The notes under the pieces are model-generated. The model had not been told where the DNA came from, made no database searches, and saw nothing but the letters and a program-made list of their open reading frames with translations. A program made the position numbers and the translations under genes. Below, one piece after another: positions 35,356 through 44,043 of a stretch of 48,084 nt of DNA. The stretch covers positions 1-48,084 of IMG/VR virus record IMGVR_UViG_3300046490_000071; one strand, given 5' to 3'. The DNA is from a virus. Lineage: Duplodnaviria; Caudoviricetes. The stretch's first letter is position 1, and each line of letters begins with the position of its first letter.

Positions 35356-35919
35356 GTGGCCCGCCTCGGACGGCCCCCAAAGATCAAGTTTAGCCCAAAG
35401 CCAAAGCGCAAGCGCGAGAGCAAGAAGGTCCGTCACAAGAAGGCTGTCCGGGCGCAGGAACTTGCCGCAGAGCGTCGGCATAACGGGGGGCGTCCAACAT
35501 CTTACGATCCTCAATTTGCCGAAGATGCAGCAAAGCTCGCCGCCCTCGGCGCGACTGACCAGGAGATCGCGGATTTCTTTCACATAACGGTCGTCACGGT
35601 CTGGCATTGGCAATCTCGGCATCAAGAGTTTTTTAATGCATTGCGGCGCAACAAAGATGCCGCCGACGAGCGGGTAGAACGATCTCTCTACTCCCGAGCT
35701 ACAGGATTCAGCTTCCTGGGCGAAGAAGTGAAGATCAACGCGGATGGCACAGTGCGCCGGGCGGTCAAGCGTGAATATGTTCCGCCAAGCGAAGGGGCCA
35801 TCAATATGTGGCTCAGCAACCGCAAGCCAAACGACTGGAAGATCCGCCGGACGAACGAATTTGATCCTGAAAAACCTCTTAATATCAAGGTCACTGGCGG
35901 ACTGCCCAAAGAATCATGA
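35356..35919 (+). CDS. Terminase small subunit
   Basis: GRPT.Y....GATD.EIA.FF.....W...H.EF...D..VE.SLY.RA.G...PP...A...WL.NR.P..W; directly upstream of TerL. Confidence 0.85.
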   Translation: MARLGRPPKIKFSPKPKRKRESKKVRHKKAVRAQELAAERRHNGGRPTSYDPQFAEDAAKLAALGATDQEIADFFHITVVTVWHWQSRHQEFFNALRRNKDAADERVERSLYSRATGFSFLGEEVKINADGTVRRAVKREYVPPSEGAINMWLSNRKPNDWKIRRTNEFDPEKPLNIKVTGGLPKES

Positions 35920-37211
35920 ACCCGGCGGCCCCAGTTCGTGAGGTAACGGTTACACTTCCGACGCTGCACAGCGGCCAGGTTGACGCTTACAAACAGAAGA
36001 CGCGGTTCTTCGCTGTCCGGGCCGGGCGCCGATACGGCAAGAGCACATTTGGTGAGGTCATCGCCGAGGACGCCGCTATCAAGTCCGAACTGGTGGGTTG
36101 GTTCGTCCCCGACTACAAGCGGATGACTGAAATTCTGCAAGAGGTATCGGAGGTTCTTCAGCCTGTTCGCAAGTTTCCGTCTGGCGATCGTGGAGTCCTG
36201 CGAACCATAACCGGAGGACGTATCGACTTCTGGACGCTAGAGGACGAGCACGCCGGCCGGTCGAGAAAGTACCACAAGGTCATCATCGACGAGGCCGCGT
36301 TCGCAAAGCCGAACATGATGGACATCTGGGAGCGGGCGATTAAGCCGACGCTTTTGGATTACCGGGGCTCAGCCTTGGTCCTATCGAACACCAACGGCGC
36401 GGTGCCTGACCAGTTTTTCTGGCGTATCTGCAACGAGCCGGAGCATGGGTTCACGACGTTCCACGCTCCGTCGCATGCCAATCCTCTCTTGCCGCGTGAA
36501 GATTTGGATGCGTGGGCCAAGTCCATGCATCCCCTCGTTTACGCCCAGGAAATCCTGGCGGACTTTGTGGACTGGGCGGGCGTTGCGTTCTTTGCCAAGG
36601 ATAAGATGCTGGTAGACGGCCAGCCCGTCGCCGTTCCGTCGCATGTCGACGCGGTGTTCGCGGTCATTGATACGGCGCTCAAGACCGGCAAGGATAACGA
36701 TGCGACTGCGGTCACGTACTTCGGCCTGAGCCGTTCCGCCAAGATCCCGCTGCTGATCTTGGACTGGGATATCGTGCAGATAGAGGGCGCCATGCTTGAG
36801 CGCTGGCTGCCGGGTGTGTTTCAGCGGCTCGATGAACTGTCCCGAGAATGCGGCGCGCGGCAAGGATCGCTCGGCGCCATGATCGAGGACGAAGGGTCAG
36901 GCACGGTGCTGCTGCAGCAGGGTACTCATCGCGGGTGGGCGGTAACGGCTCTTCCAGAGGCTATGACAGCACTCGGAAAAGACGAGCGGGCGCTGAATGT
37001 GTCCGGCCACCACCACCAGGGTAAGGTCAAGTTCACGCAGCCAGCCTACGACAAGACCGTCAACTACAAAGGCCAGACGAGGAACCACCTTTTGACGCAG
37101 GTTACGAGTTTCAGGATCGGAGACAAGGACGCTGCGAAAAGAGCAGACGATTTGCTCGACACATACACATACGGCGTTGCTGTTGCTTTAGGCAACGCTG
37201 AGGGGTTCTGA
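35916..37211 (+). CDS. Terminase large subunit
   Basis: AGRRYGKS (Walker A), IIDEAAF (Walker B), C-terminal nuclease DTA.K....D...DDLLD. Confidence 0.92.
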   Translation: MNPAAPVREVTVTLPTLHSGQVDAYKQKTRFFAVRAGRRYGKSTFGEVIAEDAAIKSELVGWFVPDYKRMTEILQEVSEVLQPVRKFPSGDRGVLRTITGGRIDFWTLEDEHAGRSRKYHKVIIDEAAFAKPNMMDIWERAIKPTLLDYRGSALVLSNTNGAVPDQFFWRICNEPEHGFTTFHAPSHANPLLPREDLDAWAKSMHPLVYAQEILADFVDWAGVAFFAKDKMLVDGQPVAVPSHVDAVFAVIDTALKTGKDNDATAVTYFGLSRSAKIPLLILDWDIVQIEGAMLERWLPGVFQRLDELSRECGARQGSLGAMIEDEGSGTVLLQQGTHRGWAVTALPEAMTALGKDERALNVSGHHHQGKVKFTQPAYDKTVNYKGQTRNHLLTQVTSFRIGDKDAAKRADDLLDTYTYGVAVALGNAEGF

Positions 37212-38740
37212 TGGCCACCTTTTCCATCGGCGGTTTCGGTTCCTCAATGGGAACCAACCTGACCAAGCTCCTCGAATGCGAGGACATGGAACCGGGCAGC
37301 GATGCGTCGTACGAACTGTGCAAACTGATCTATCTCTACCACCCACTCGGTGGGAAGATAGCCGAGGAGCCGATCAAGAAGGCGCAGTTCAAACCGCGCG
37401 AGATCGCCATCCCAGACTCCCCTGATGACATCGTCCGCAAAGCGTTCGTCGACGAGTGGCACCGGATGAAGTGCGACGAGCTCGTGTTTAACCACGGCAC
37501 GCTCTGTCGGGTGTATGGGCTGGCGTCCCTTGCCGTACTGAGTGAGGGCGTGCCTCTGAACCTCCCGCTGGACCTCAAGGGTCTGCCGGGATCGAAGATT
37601 GGGTTCAACGTCTACGATCCGCTGAACACCGCGGGCTCGCTCGTGCTGAGCCAGACACCGGACCATATGGACTTCCTCAAAGCTGGTGATATCTCGGTCA
37701 GCGGAAAGGAGTTCCATCGTAGTCGCGCCGTGGTGCTGATGAACGAAAACCCCATCTTCCTTGGGTACACCACCAGCGCCTTCGGGTACGTTGGGCGCAG
37801 CGCGTATCAGCGCGCGCTTTACCCGCTGAAGACGTTCGTGCAGACAATGCGCACCGACGATATGGTCAGTGTGAAGGCCGGCGTGCTCGTTGCCAAGATG
37901 AAGCAGCCTGGCAGCTTCGTGAACAACTTGATGCAGGGGCTTGCGGGCATCAAGCGTGCGATGCTCTCCATGGCCATGACCGGTAACGTGCTGTCAATCA
38001 CGCCGGACGAGGACATCGAGAGCCTGAACCTCACCAACATTGACGGCGCGGGCGCATTCGCCCGAAAGAACTGTATCGAGAACATCGCTTCCGCCGTGCC
38101 GATGCCCGCGAAACTCCTGCTGCAGGAGACGTTCGCCGAGGGCTTCGGCGAGGGCACAGAAGACGCCAAGTACGTTTCCGACTACGTGGAGGGTGTGCGG
38201 CGCTGGCTGCAGCCCGACTACGACTTCCTCGACAAGATCGTGCGGTATCGCGCCTGGAACGAGGACTTCTACAAGACCATCCAGCAGCGCTTTCCCAACA
38301 GCTACTCCAACAAGACTCACACCCAGGCGTTCTACGAGTGGTCCAACAGCTTCTCCGCCACGTGGCCAAGCCTGATCACCGAGCCCGAGAGCGAGTTGAT
38401 CAAGGTGGAGGAGGTTCTTCTCAAGGCCGCCATCGCTGTCTACGAGGTTCTGTCCCCCGCGATGGATCCCGAGAACCGCTCCAATCTGATCCGCTGGCTG
38501 GCCGACTGCTTCAACGAGCGCAAGAAGCTGTTCTCCTCTCCGCTTGAGCTGGACTTCGACGCACTGAAGGACTACGTGCCTGAGAAGCAACTCCAGGAAC
38601 CTGCAGAGCCCAAGCCGTTCGCGGCGCAGGACGCCGTCGCCGGATTTGGAGACGCCATGGCGCGGCTCAGCGCCAAGCGATTGGACCGTAGTAGTGTCGA
38701 GAACGCGCTGCGTAAGGCGATAGTGAACCAGCGCAAATGA
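37211..38740 (+). CDS. Portal protein (DUF1073-type)
   Basis: 509 aa directly after TerL; R.YG.A, HRSR, W.SL motifs. Confidence 0.85.
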   Translation: MATFSIGGFGSSMGTNLTKLLECEDMEPGSDASYELCKLIYLYHPLGGKIAEEPIKKAQFKPREIAIPDSPDDIVRKAFVDEWHRMKCDELVFNHGTLCRVYGLASLAVLSEGVPLNLPLDLKGLPGSKIGFNVYDPLNTAGSLVLSQTPDHMDFLKAGDISVSGKEFHRSRAVVLMNENPIFLGYTTSAFGYVGRSAYQRALYPLKTFVQTMRTDDMVSVKAGVLVAKMKQPGSFVNNLMQGLAGIKRAMLSMAMTGNVLSITPDEDIESLNLTNIDGAGAFARKNCIENIASAVPMPAKLLLQETFAEGFGEGTEDAKYVSDYVEGVRRWLQPDYDFLDKIVRYRAWNEDFYKTIQQRFPNSYSNKTHTQAFYEWSNSFSATWPSLITEPESELIKVEEVLLKAAIAVYEVLSPAMDPENRSNLIRWLADCFNERKKLFSSPLELDFDALKDYVPEKQLQEPAEPKPFAAQDAVAGFGDAMARLSAKRLDRSSVENALRKAIVNQRK

Positions 38741-38922
38741 CCATCGCCCACGCCGCCGTATCCCGAGCCGAGGTCGCTTACCACAACTTCGAAGTGGCAA
38801 TGATGGCTTTCCGCGTCGAGCTGATGCGGCACAACCGTGAGGGCCAGGAAGTGGAAAGCGGTTTGGCGCTGGAATCCCTAGGCGAATACCTTGACCAGCT
38901 CATGATCGCGAACAGGGAGTGA
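38737..38922 (+). CDS. Hypothetical protein
   Basis: ATGA-coupled ORF. Confidence 0.5.
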   Translation: MTIAHAAVSRAEVAYHNFEVAMMAFRVELMRHNREGQEVESGLALESLGEYLDQLMIANRE

Positions 38923-39329
38923 TCATGTCGCACGCACATAAGTTGACGGACGCGCAGCGGAGCGAGCTCGCCGACGTCTACGTTCTCGGCGAACGGACCT
39001 TTCGCGAAGTCGGAGAGATGTTCGGAGTGAGTGGCGTGACGGCCTACCGCGCGGTGAAGAAGTTTTACCCGAACCTCAAGGTCCGACGCGCAAATTACAG
39101 AAAACTGTCTGCTGAGGCCCGTCAGAGCATCATCGACAAGGCCGCAGCCGGAGAGACCCAGGCGTCGCTGGCCCGAGAGTTTGGTGTCAGCCGCCCGCGG
39201 CTAAACCATCTGGTCAGCAAGAAGGGGCTCATTTCCTCGCAGGTCGTGACGTGCAGGTTCGCTCATCCGTTCAGAATGCCGAACTTGGCTCCGGGAATAA
39301 CGCTGGCTCGGGTGACAGCAGGAAAGTGA
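38919..39329 (+). CDS. Double-HTH protein
   Basis: Two KL(T/S)....G.T.....FGVS units; ends LARVTAGK. Confidence 0.75.
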   Translation: MIMSHAHKLTDAQRSELADVYVLGERTFREVGEMFGVSGVTAYRAVKKFYPNLKVRRANYRKLSAEARQSIIDKAAAGETQASLAREFGVSRPRLNHLVSKKGLISSQVVTCRFAHPFRMPNLAPGITLARVTAGK

Positions 39330-39643
39330 CCACCGTGGCCTCACCGTATCGCTACAAGATAGATCCCACGCTCGTGGTCGAACTGCGCCGCGCTGGCGTG
39401 CACCCCAACGAGATAGCCGCGCGGCTGGGCGGAAGCATGGCGGGAGTGTACAGGACGCTCCGCCGGTTCGCCCCGAATCTCATCCGCGAGTCCGAGCGGA
39501 GAAACGAGAGGCCCTACGAACTGGGCAGCGACATCCAGTTCCACAGTTTCGTCGAGCACTGGGCCGATCGGGTTCACCCTGCGCCTCCGCCGCCGAACGC
39601 TGCGCCAGGCATTCGGCTCTGTCAGTTGATGGCGGGGAGATGA
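39326..39643 (+). CDS. HTH protein
   Basis: VVELRRAG....EIAARLG.S...VYRTL; ends LCQLMAGR. Confidence 0.7.
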   Translation: MTTVASPYRYKIDPTLVVELRRAGVHPNEIAARLGGSMAGVYRTLRRFAPNLIRESERRNERPYELGSDIQFHSFVEHWADRVHPAPPPPNAAPGIRLCQLMAGR

Positions 39644-39939
39644 TCGTCACTACGACTGACTTGGCGCTGGTTCTGGGCGGCGCGGCGGGTCTCATCACCG
39701 CGGTCGTCACGGGTGGTATCTCCGTCGCGAGCTACTTCCGTCAGGGCCGGATGGACGAGCGCTAGGAGGCCCTCATGCTGGAGAGCCAGTCACACGGCGC
39801 CAAGCTCTCCATCATCGCAGAGCACGTCAACGGCCTAAACATCCTAATCGGTGAGGGGAAGTTCGCAGAGGGGAAGGCAGCAGGCATACGAGAAGAGCGC
39901 GACACTCCCATGTCTCCAACCAAGGACAAGCAATCATGA
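39640..39939 (+). CDS. TM + coiled-coil protein interrupted by in-frame TAG (or two coupled ORFs)
   Basis: Frame is open on both sides of TAG 39763-39765; AGGAGG and an in-frame ATG at 39775 follow the stop. Confidence 0.5.
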
Positions 39940-40136
39940 GCCTCGTCACCCTAGTCATCGTTCTCATCGTCGTCGGCGTATTGCTCTGGCTCGTCAACAC
40001 CTACGTTCCCATGGACGGCAAGATCAAGATGATTATGAACGCCGTGATCGTCATCGCCGTCGTGCTCTGGCTGCTGCAGGCGTTCGGCCTGCTGAGCGGT
40101 CTCAGCACCATCAGCACTCCGCACGTGGGGCGGTAG
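39936..40136 (+). CDS. Thivi_2564-like small membrane protein
   Basis: LIVVGVLLWLVN.Y.PM..KIK.I.N.V.VI.VVLWLL..FG. Confidence 0.75.
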   Translation: MSLVTLVIVLIVVGVLLWLVNTYVPMDGKIKMIMNAVIVIAVVLWLLQAFGLLSGLSTISTPHVGR

Positions 40137-40964
40137 TTGCCCACCAAGCCTGAGTCCTACTTCGACGTTCTGACCTCTGCGATAAATGATCTCGCGGAGC
40201 ACGGCTACGATTCAGCAGAACGAATTAATTTTTGGACTGTTCGCCTCCGCGAGGCCGCCGAGCGCAGTGCGACGCCGCCCCCTGTCATGGAGCGCATGCT
40301 CCGCGAGGCGATGGCCGCCACCTACAAGCGGATGATTGACCAGGGCCGGATCGTGGAGTTCCACCCCGGCGTCGATCGCTTCACGCTGCAGCAGGTGCGC
40401 CCGCATCTCCGCGACGAGCTGGACCGGCGTATTCTGGCCGCGGCCGATCTGATCAAGCTCAATCGGGAGCAGGCCATCCAGAAGACGCTGCACCGCTTCC
40501 AGGGCTGGTCCACCAGCATTCCGAAGGGCGGCAGCGACGCGGTCCGCAAGAGCAAGACGAAGGACGACATTCGCAAGTCCATGACGTCGCTGCCCTTCGA
40601 GGAGCGGCGCGTGCTGATCGATCAGTGCCACAAGCTCGTCAGCAGCCTCAACGACATCCTGGCCAAGGACGGCGGCGCGATCGCCATGCGCTGGAGAAGC
40701 AATTGGCGGCAGGCCAATTATGCGTATAGGCCCGACCACAAGGCCCGCGACGGTCACATCTATCTGATCCGCAACTCGTGGGCTCAGCAGAAAGGCTTCA
40801 TCAAGCCGGGCAAGGACGGATACCTCGACGACATCACCCAGCCCGCTGAGGAAATTTCGTGCCGCTGCCGCGGCGTCTACCTGTACGCGGTGAGCGCCCT
40901 GCACCCCGAGATGATCACCAAGAAGGGCCGCGAGGCACTCGAGCAAGTACGAAAGGCCGCCTGA
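40137..40964 (+). CDS. Head morphogenesis/minor head protein (Mu gpF / SPP1 gp7 family)
   Basis: W......RPDH.ARDG...P..EI.CRC. Confidence 0.85.
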   Translation: MPTKPESYFDVLTSAINDLAEHGYDSAERINFWTVRLREAAERSATPPPVMERMLREAMAATYKRMIDQGRIVEFHPGVDRFTLQQVRPHLRDELDRRILAAADLIKLNREQAIQKTLHRFQGWSTSIPKGGSDAVRKSKTKDDIRKSMTSLPFEERRVLIDQCHKLVSSLNDILAKDGGAIAMRWRSNWRQANYAYRPDHKARDGHIYLIRNSWAQQKGFIKPGKDGYLDDITQPAEEISCRCRGVYLYAVSALHPEMITKKGREALEQVRKAA

Positions 40965-40965
40965 G

Positions 40966-41772
40966 ATGGAAGCTGCAAAGTTTGGCGAACTGAAGAAGCT
41001 CCTCAGCGAGTTCTTCACCGAGGAGTCCAAGGAGCCGGAGCACAAGAAGGCGGACAGTCGCATCAACCAGGATGTGCCGGAGACGTTCTTCGTTGTGAAG
41101 GACGACCGAAAGGTCAGTGGCGAGTACAAGACGCAGCGCGAGGCCGTGGCCAAGGCAAAGACGATCAAGGGCTCCTGGGTCGAAGACGACGAAGGTCAGG
41201 TCGCGTGGGAACCTCGCGGTGACAGTGACCGCCTCGACGCCGCGATCAAGAAGCTGGACAGTGTCGCGAAAAAGGATGAGTGGTCGGAGGAGGCCCGTGA
41301 GGCTGCCGCGAAGGCGAGACGCGGTGAGGGTGGAAGTTCAGCAAAAGAACACGCCACCAAAGTTATTCAATCCAAGACTGGACACCAACTAGAAGCTGCT
41401 CTGAAGTCATCTTCGCTGGACCCCAAGGTTCGGAAGATGATTGAAGGCGAGCTGAACGATAGAGGCAATCGCGGCTGGCCAATGAATAAAGCGAATGATT
41501 CCGCGAAGCCCGACAGCACCCGCCGCGCCGCGCTCGACAAGGTGCTGGGACGCACGAGCAGGAAGGATGCGGACCGTCCCAGCACGCAGCGCATGTTCCC
41601 GTCGTACACCACTGCCCAACTGAAAGAGTTTCTCAAGACCCACGAGATGGATGACGAGAAGCGGAAGAAGATGGAGACGGAAGTTGCGAACCGCGAGAGT
41701 GGTGCGTCCGTTGTTCGCAAGACACCACAGATCGAGGGCGGTAAGGTGATCACGAAGGTCGGACGGTTGTGA
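40966..41772 (+). CDS. Charged head-module protein, candidate internal cargo
   Basis: Between gpF and the maturation gene; many xxD motifs; DEWSEEAREAAAKARR. Confidence 0.65.
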   Translation: MEAAKFGELKKLLSEFFTEESKEPEHKKADSRINQDVPETFFVVKDDRKVSGEYKTQREAVAKAKTIKGSWVEDDEGQVAWEPRGDSDRLDAAIKKLDSVAKKDEWSEEAREAAAKARRGEGGSSAKEHATKVIQSKTGHQLEAALKSSSLDPKVRKMIEGELNDRGNRGWPMNKANDSAKPDSTRRAALDKVLGRTSRKDADRPSTQRMFPSYTTAQLKEFLKTHEMDDEKRKKMETEVANRESGASVVRKTPQIEGGKVITKVGRL

Positions 41773-42956
41773 TCCACGCCGCAGGCCTCCTGATCCTCGA
41801 CCCGCAGGGCAACGCGCTGTTCGTCAAGCGCGGTCCCGCGGGCGATCATGCTGGCGAGTGGGCTCTGCCGGGCGGCGGCGTAGAGGGCGACGAGACCGCC
41901 GAGCAGTGCGCGCTGCGCGAGGCTGCGGAAGAATTAGGCGTCGTTCCGAAAGGAACGATCGCTTATTTGTCCCGACACAGGGACGCTCCCCTGCCCCCGC
42001 TGCAACAGCCCGTGCCCGCAGCCGTGCCCACGCTCGGAGACGCTGTACGATCTCCCGAAGCGGTCGTGGCACCCCTCGCAGCAGCACCCCCACCCCCTCC
42101 AGAGCCCGTCGACTTCACGACGTTCGTCGCCAAGGTCGAGGAGCAGTTCACACCCAAGCTCAACGAGGAGTCCGTGGGCTACGCCTGGGCGCCCGTGACC
42201 GAGCCGCCCCAGCCGCTGCACCCCGGCGTGCACGTCGCGCTGAGCCGTCTGGCCATGACCACCGAGACGGAGGTTGCTCAGGCGATCGCGTCCGGCGAGC
42301 TCACGTCCCCCCAGCAGTTCGCGAACTCCTGGCTGTTCGCCATGCGCATCACCGGCACGGGCGCCGCCTATCGTCGGAGCTGGGACGAATATGTTTGGAG
42401 ATCACCAGACCTCTACATGACGCCCGAGTTTCTCGCGCGCTGCAACGGCCTTCCCGTGATCATGGAGCACCCCAAGGGCGCGACGCTGAACACGAAGGAG
42501 TACGCGGCGCGCAACGTCGGCACGATCCTGCTGCCCTACCTGCGGCCTGAGGCGAATGAGGTGTGGGGCATCGCCCGCATCATTGATGAGCCCGCCGCCA
42601 AGCTCATGGAGAGCGAGCAGCTCTCCACCTCCCCGGCCGTCGTGTTCCACGATCCGTCGGTCAATACGAAGCTCGAAGACGGGGACGGCAAGACCATCCT
42701 CATCGAGGGCAAACCTTCTCTTTTGGATCACTTGGCCGTATGTGATCTCGGGGTTTGGGATCGCGGAGGTGACCCTCGTGGAATTGAATCTGTATCTGTG
42801 AACGACGCAGTCGCGTTTTCAGATTCAGATGTGGTTCACACTCAGAACAGACGTCGGTACAGTCAAAAATTGAATCAGGCGTTGGCGAGCGTGAACCGCG
42901 CACAGTTGAGGGCCGCGCATCTATCTCTTCAGTTCACGCTGAAGGGCCTTCGATGA
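41769..42956 (+). CDS. NUDIX hydrolase fused to DUF2213-like head maturation (protease) domain
   Basis: Nudix box GGGVEGDET...ALREAAEELG; RITGTG, HP, LSTSP, DHLAVC..GVWD. Confidence 0.8.
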   Translation: MIHAAGLLILDPQGNALFVKRGPAGDHAGEWALPGGGVEGDETAEQCALREAAEELGVVPKGTIAYLSRHRDAPLPPLQQPVPAAVPTLGDAVRSPEAVVAPLAAAPPPPPEPVDFTTFVAKVEEQFTPKLNEESVGYAWAPVTEPPQPLHPGVHVALSRLAMTTETEVAQAIASGELTSPQQFANSWLFAMRITGTGAAYRRSWDEYVWRSPDLYMTPEFLARCNGLPVIMEHPKGATLNTKEYAARNVGTILLPYLRPEANEVWGIARIIDEPAAKLMESEQLSTSPAVVFHDPSVNTKLEDGDGKTILIEGKPSLLDHLAVCDLGVWDRGGDPRGIESVSVNDAVAFSDSDVVHTQNRRRYSQKLNQALASVNRAQLRAAHLSLQFTLKGLR

Positions 42957-43123
42957 GGTGGTACGTCTACGTCTACTTTACACCGTGGGACGGCCAGCCC
43001 TGCTACGTCGGCAAGGGCAAGGGCGGCAGATGGGTGGATCCTGCATTCCGTGAGAAGAATAGCAAACGAATTTTCGCGGGTCGTTATGATAATACGCTGT
43101 CTCACAGCGACCTAGTTAATTGA
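42953..43123 (+). pseudogene. Truncated GIY-YIG homing endonuclease remnant
   Basis: WYVYVY....GQPCYVGKG.G.R, stops after 56 aa. Confidence 0.65.
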
Positions 43124-43173
43124 TGATGGCGTTCCCACGCGGCATTGAATCCGCAGATGTAAAAGAGGTTGCA

Positions 43174-44016
43174 ATGGCATACGAAGACAAGCGGACTGCG
43201 GAAGAGAAAGCCGCGGCCGACGCAAAGTCCCGTAAGGACGCAGAAGTGGAAGAGAGGAAAGCCGACGCCGAGAAGCTCGACAAGATGCTGACCGGCATCG
43301 ACGCGGTGTGCGCGAAGATGGACTCCTTCGAGGAGCGCCTCGGCAAGATCGAGGGCAGCAAGAAGGACTCCGAGGAAGAGAAGGAGAAGGCAGAGGAGAA
43401 GGCCGAAAAAGAAAAGGTCGACGCGGCGAAGAATGACGGCGAGGAAGAGGACAAGAAGCCCGTCGCCGTCGACAAGGCCAAGAAGGACGCCGAGGAAGAA
43501 GACGAGAAGAAGGCCCGCAAGGACTCGGCCGCTCTCGCCACCGCCCTCGCCGACATCGCTTCTCTCAAGAGCCAGATGAAGCCCCTCACCGACGCGGACC
43601 GCAAGGCGTTCGCCAACACCCAGGAGAAGGCCGACGCGGCGTTCACCGCGTTCGGAGACTCTGCTCCCGCACCGATGCAGGGCGAGACCCACCTGGACTA
43701 TCGGCTGCGCCTGATCGGCAAGCTCCAGGATCACTCGCCGGTCTGGAAGGGCCGCAACGTGAACGCGCTCACCCGCGCCGACGCGTCTATCGTCGACGTG
43801 GCCGAGGCTCAGGTCTACGCCGACGCCACCAAGGCTGCGCTGACCGCGGTCATCGGTGAACTGAAGCCTGGTCAGGAGCGCGAGGTCGTGCGTCGCGACG
43901 ACGCGGGCCGCCCGGTCAAGACGTTTATCCGCAAGGACAGCTTCGTGCGGTCCTTCACGATGCAGAGCAGGCGCGTCAACCGGTTCGCCAATCCCAGCGA
44001 CCGCTCTGCTCGCTGA
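43174..44016 (+). CDS. Capsid scaffold-like protein
   Basis: E/K-rich region with KAD/RKD/KKD repeats; Q.KAD..F.AFG..AP.PM.GE...YR.R; SD GAGG. Confidence 0.75.
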   Translation: MAYEDKRTAEEKAAADAKSRKDAEVEERKADAEKLDKMLTGIDAVCAKMDSFEERLGKIEGSKKDSEEEKEKAEEKAEKEKVDAAKNDGEEEDKKPVAVDKAKKDAEEEDEKKARKDSAALATALADIASLKSQMKPLTDADRKAFANTQEKADAAFTAFGDSAPAPMQGETHLDYRLRLIGKLQDHSPVWKGRNVNALTRADASIVDVAEAQVYADATKAALTAVIGELKPGQEREVVRRDDAGRPVKTFIRKDSFVRSFTMQSRRVNRFANPSDRSAR

Positions 44017-44043
44017 TCCAACTCCAAGGAAGGACAACGCACA

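Noticed and set aside
37211-38740. Portal as an Acb1-type anti-CBASS nuclease
   Set aside because: No paired HxT 2H-phosphoesterase motifs seen; size and position fit a plain portal.
21360-39765. Stop-codon reassignment (alternative genetic code) suggested by in-frame stops
   Set aside because: The three cases are one each of TGA, TAA and TAG. All three codons end normal genes here and the long core genes are uninterrupted.
42790-43134. Group I intron in the head maturation gene
   Set aside because: I could not identify intron core elements. The duplicated junction and the separate scaffold RBS fit a free-standing insertion better; not formally excluded.
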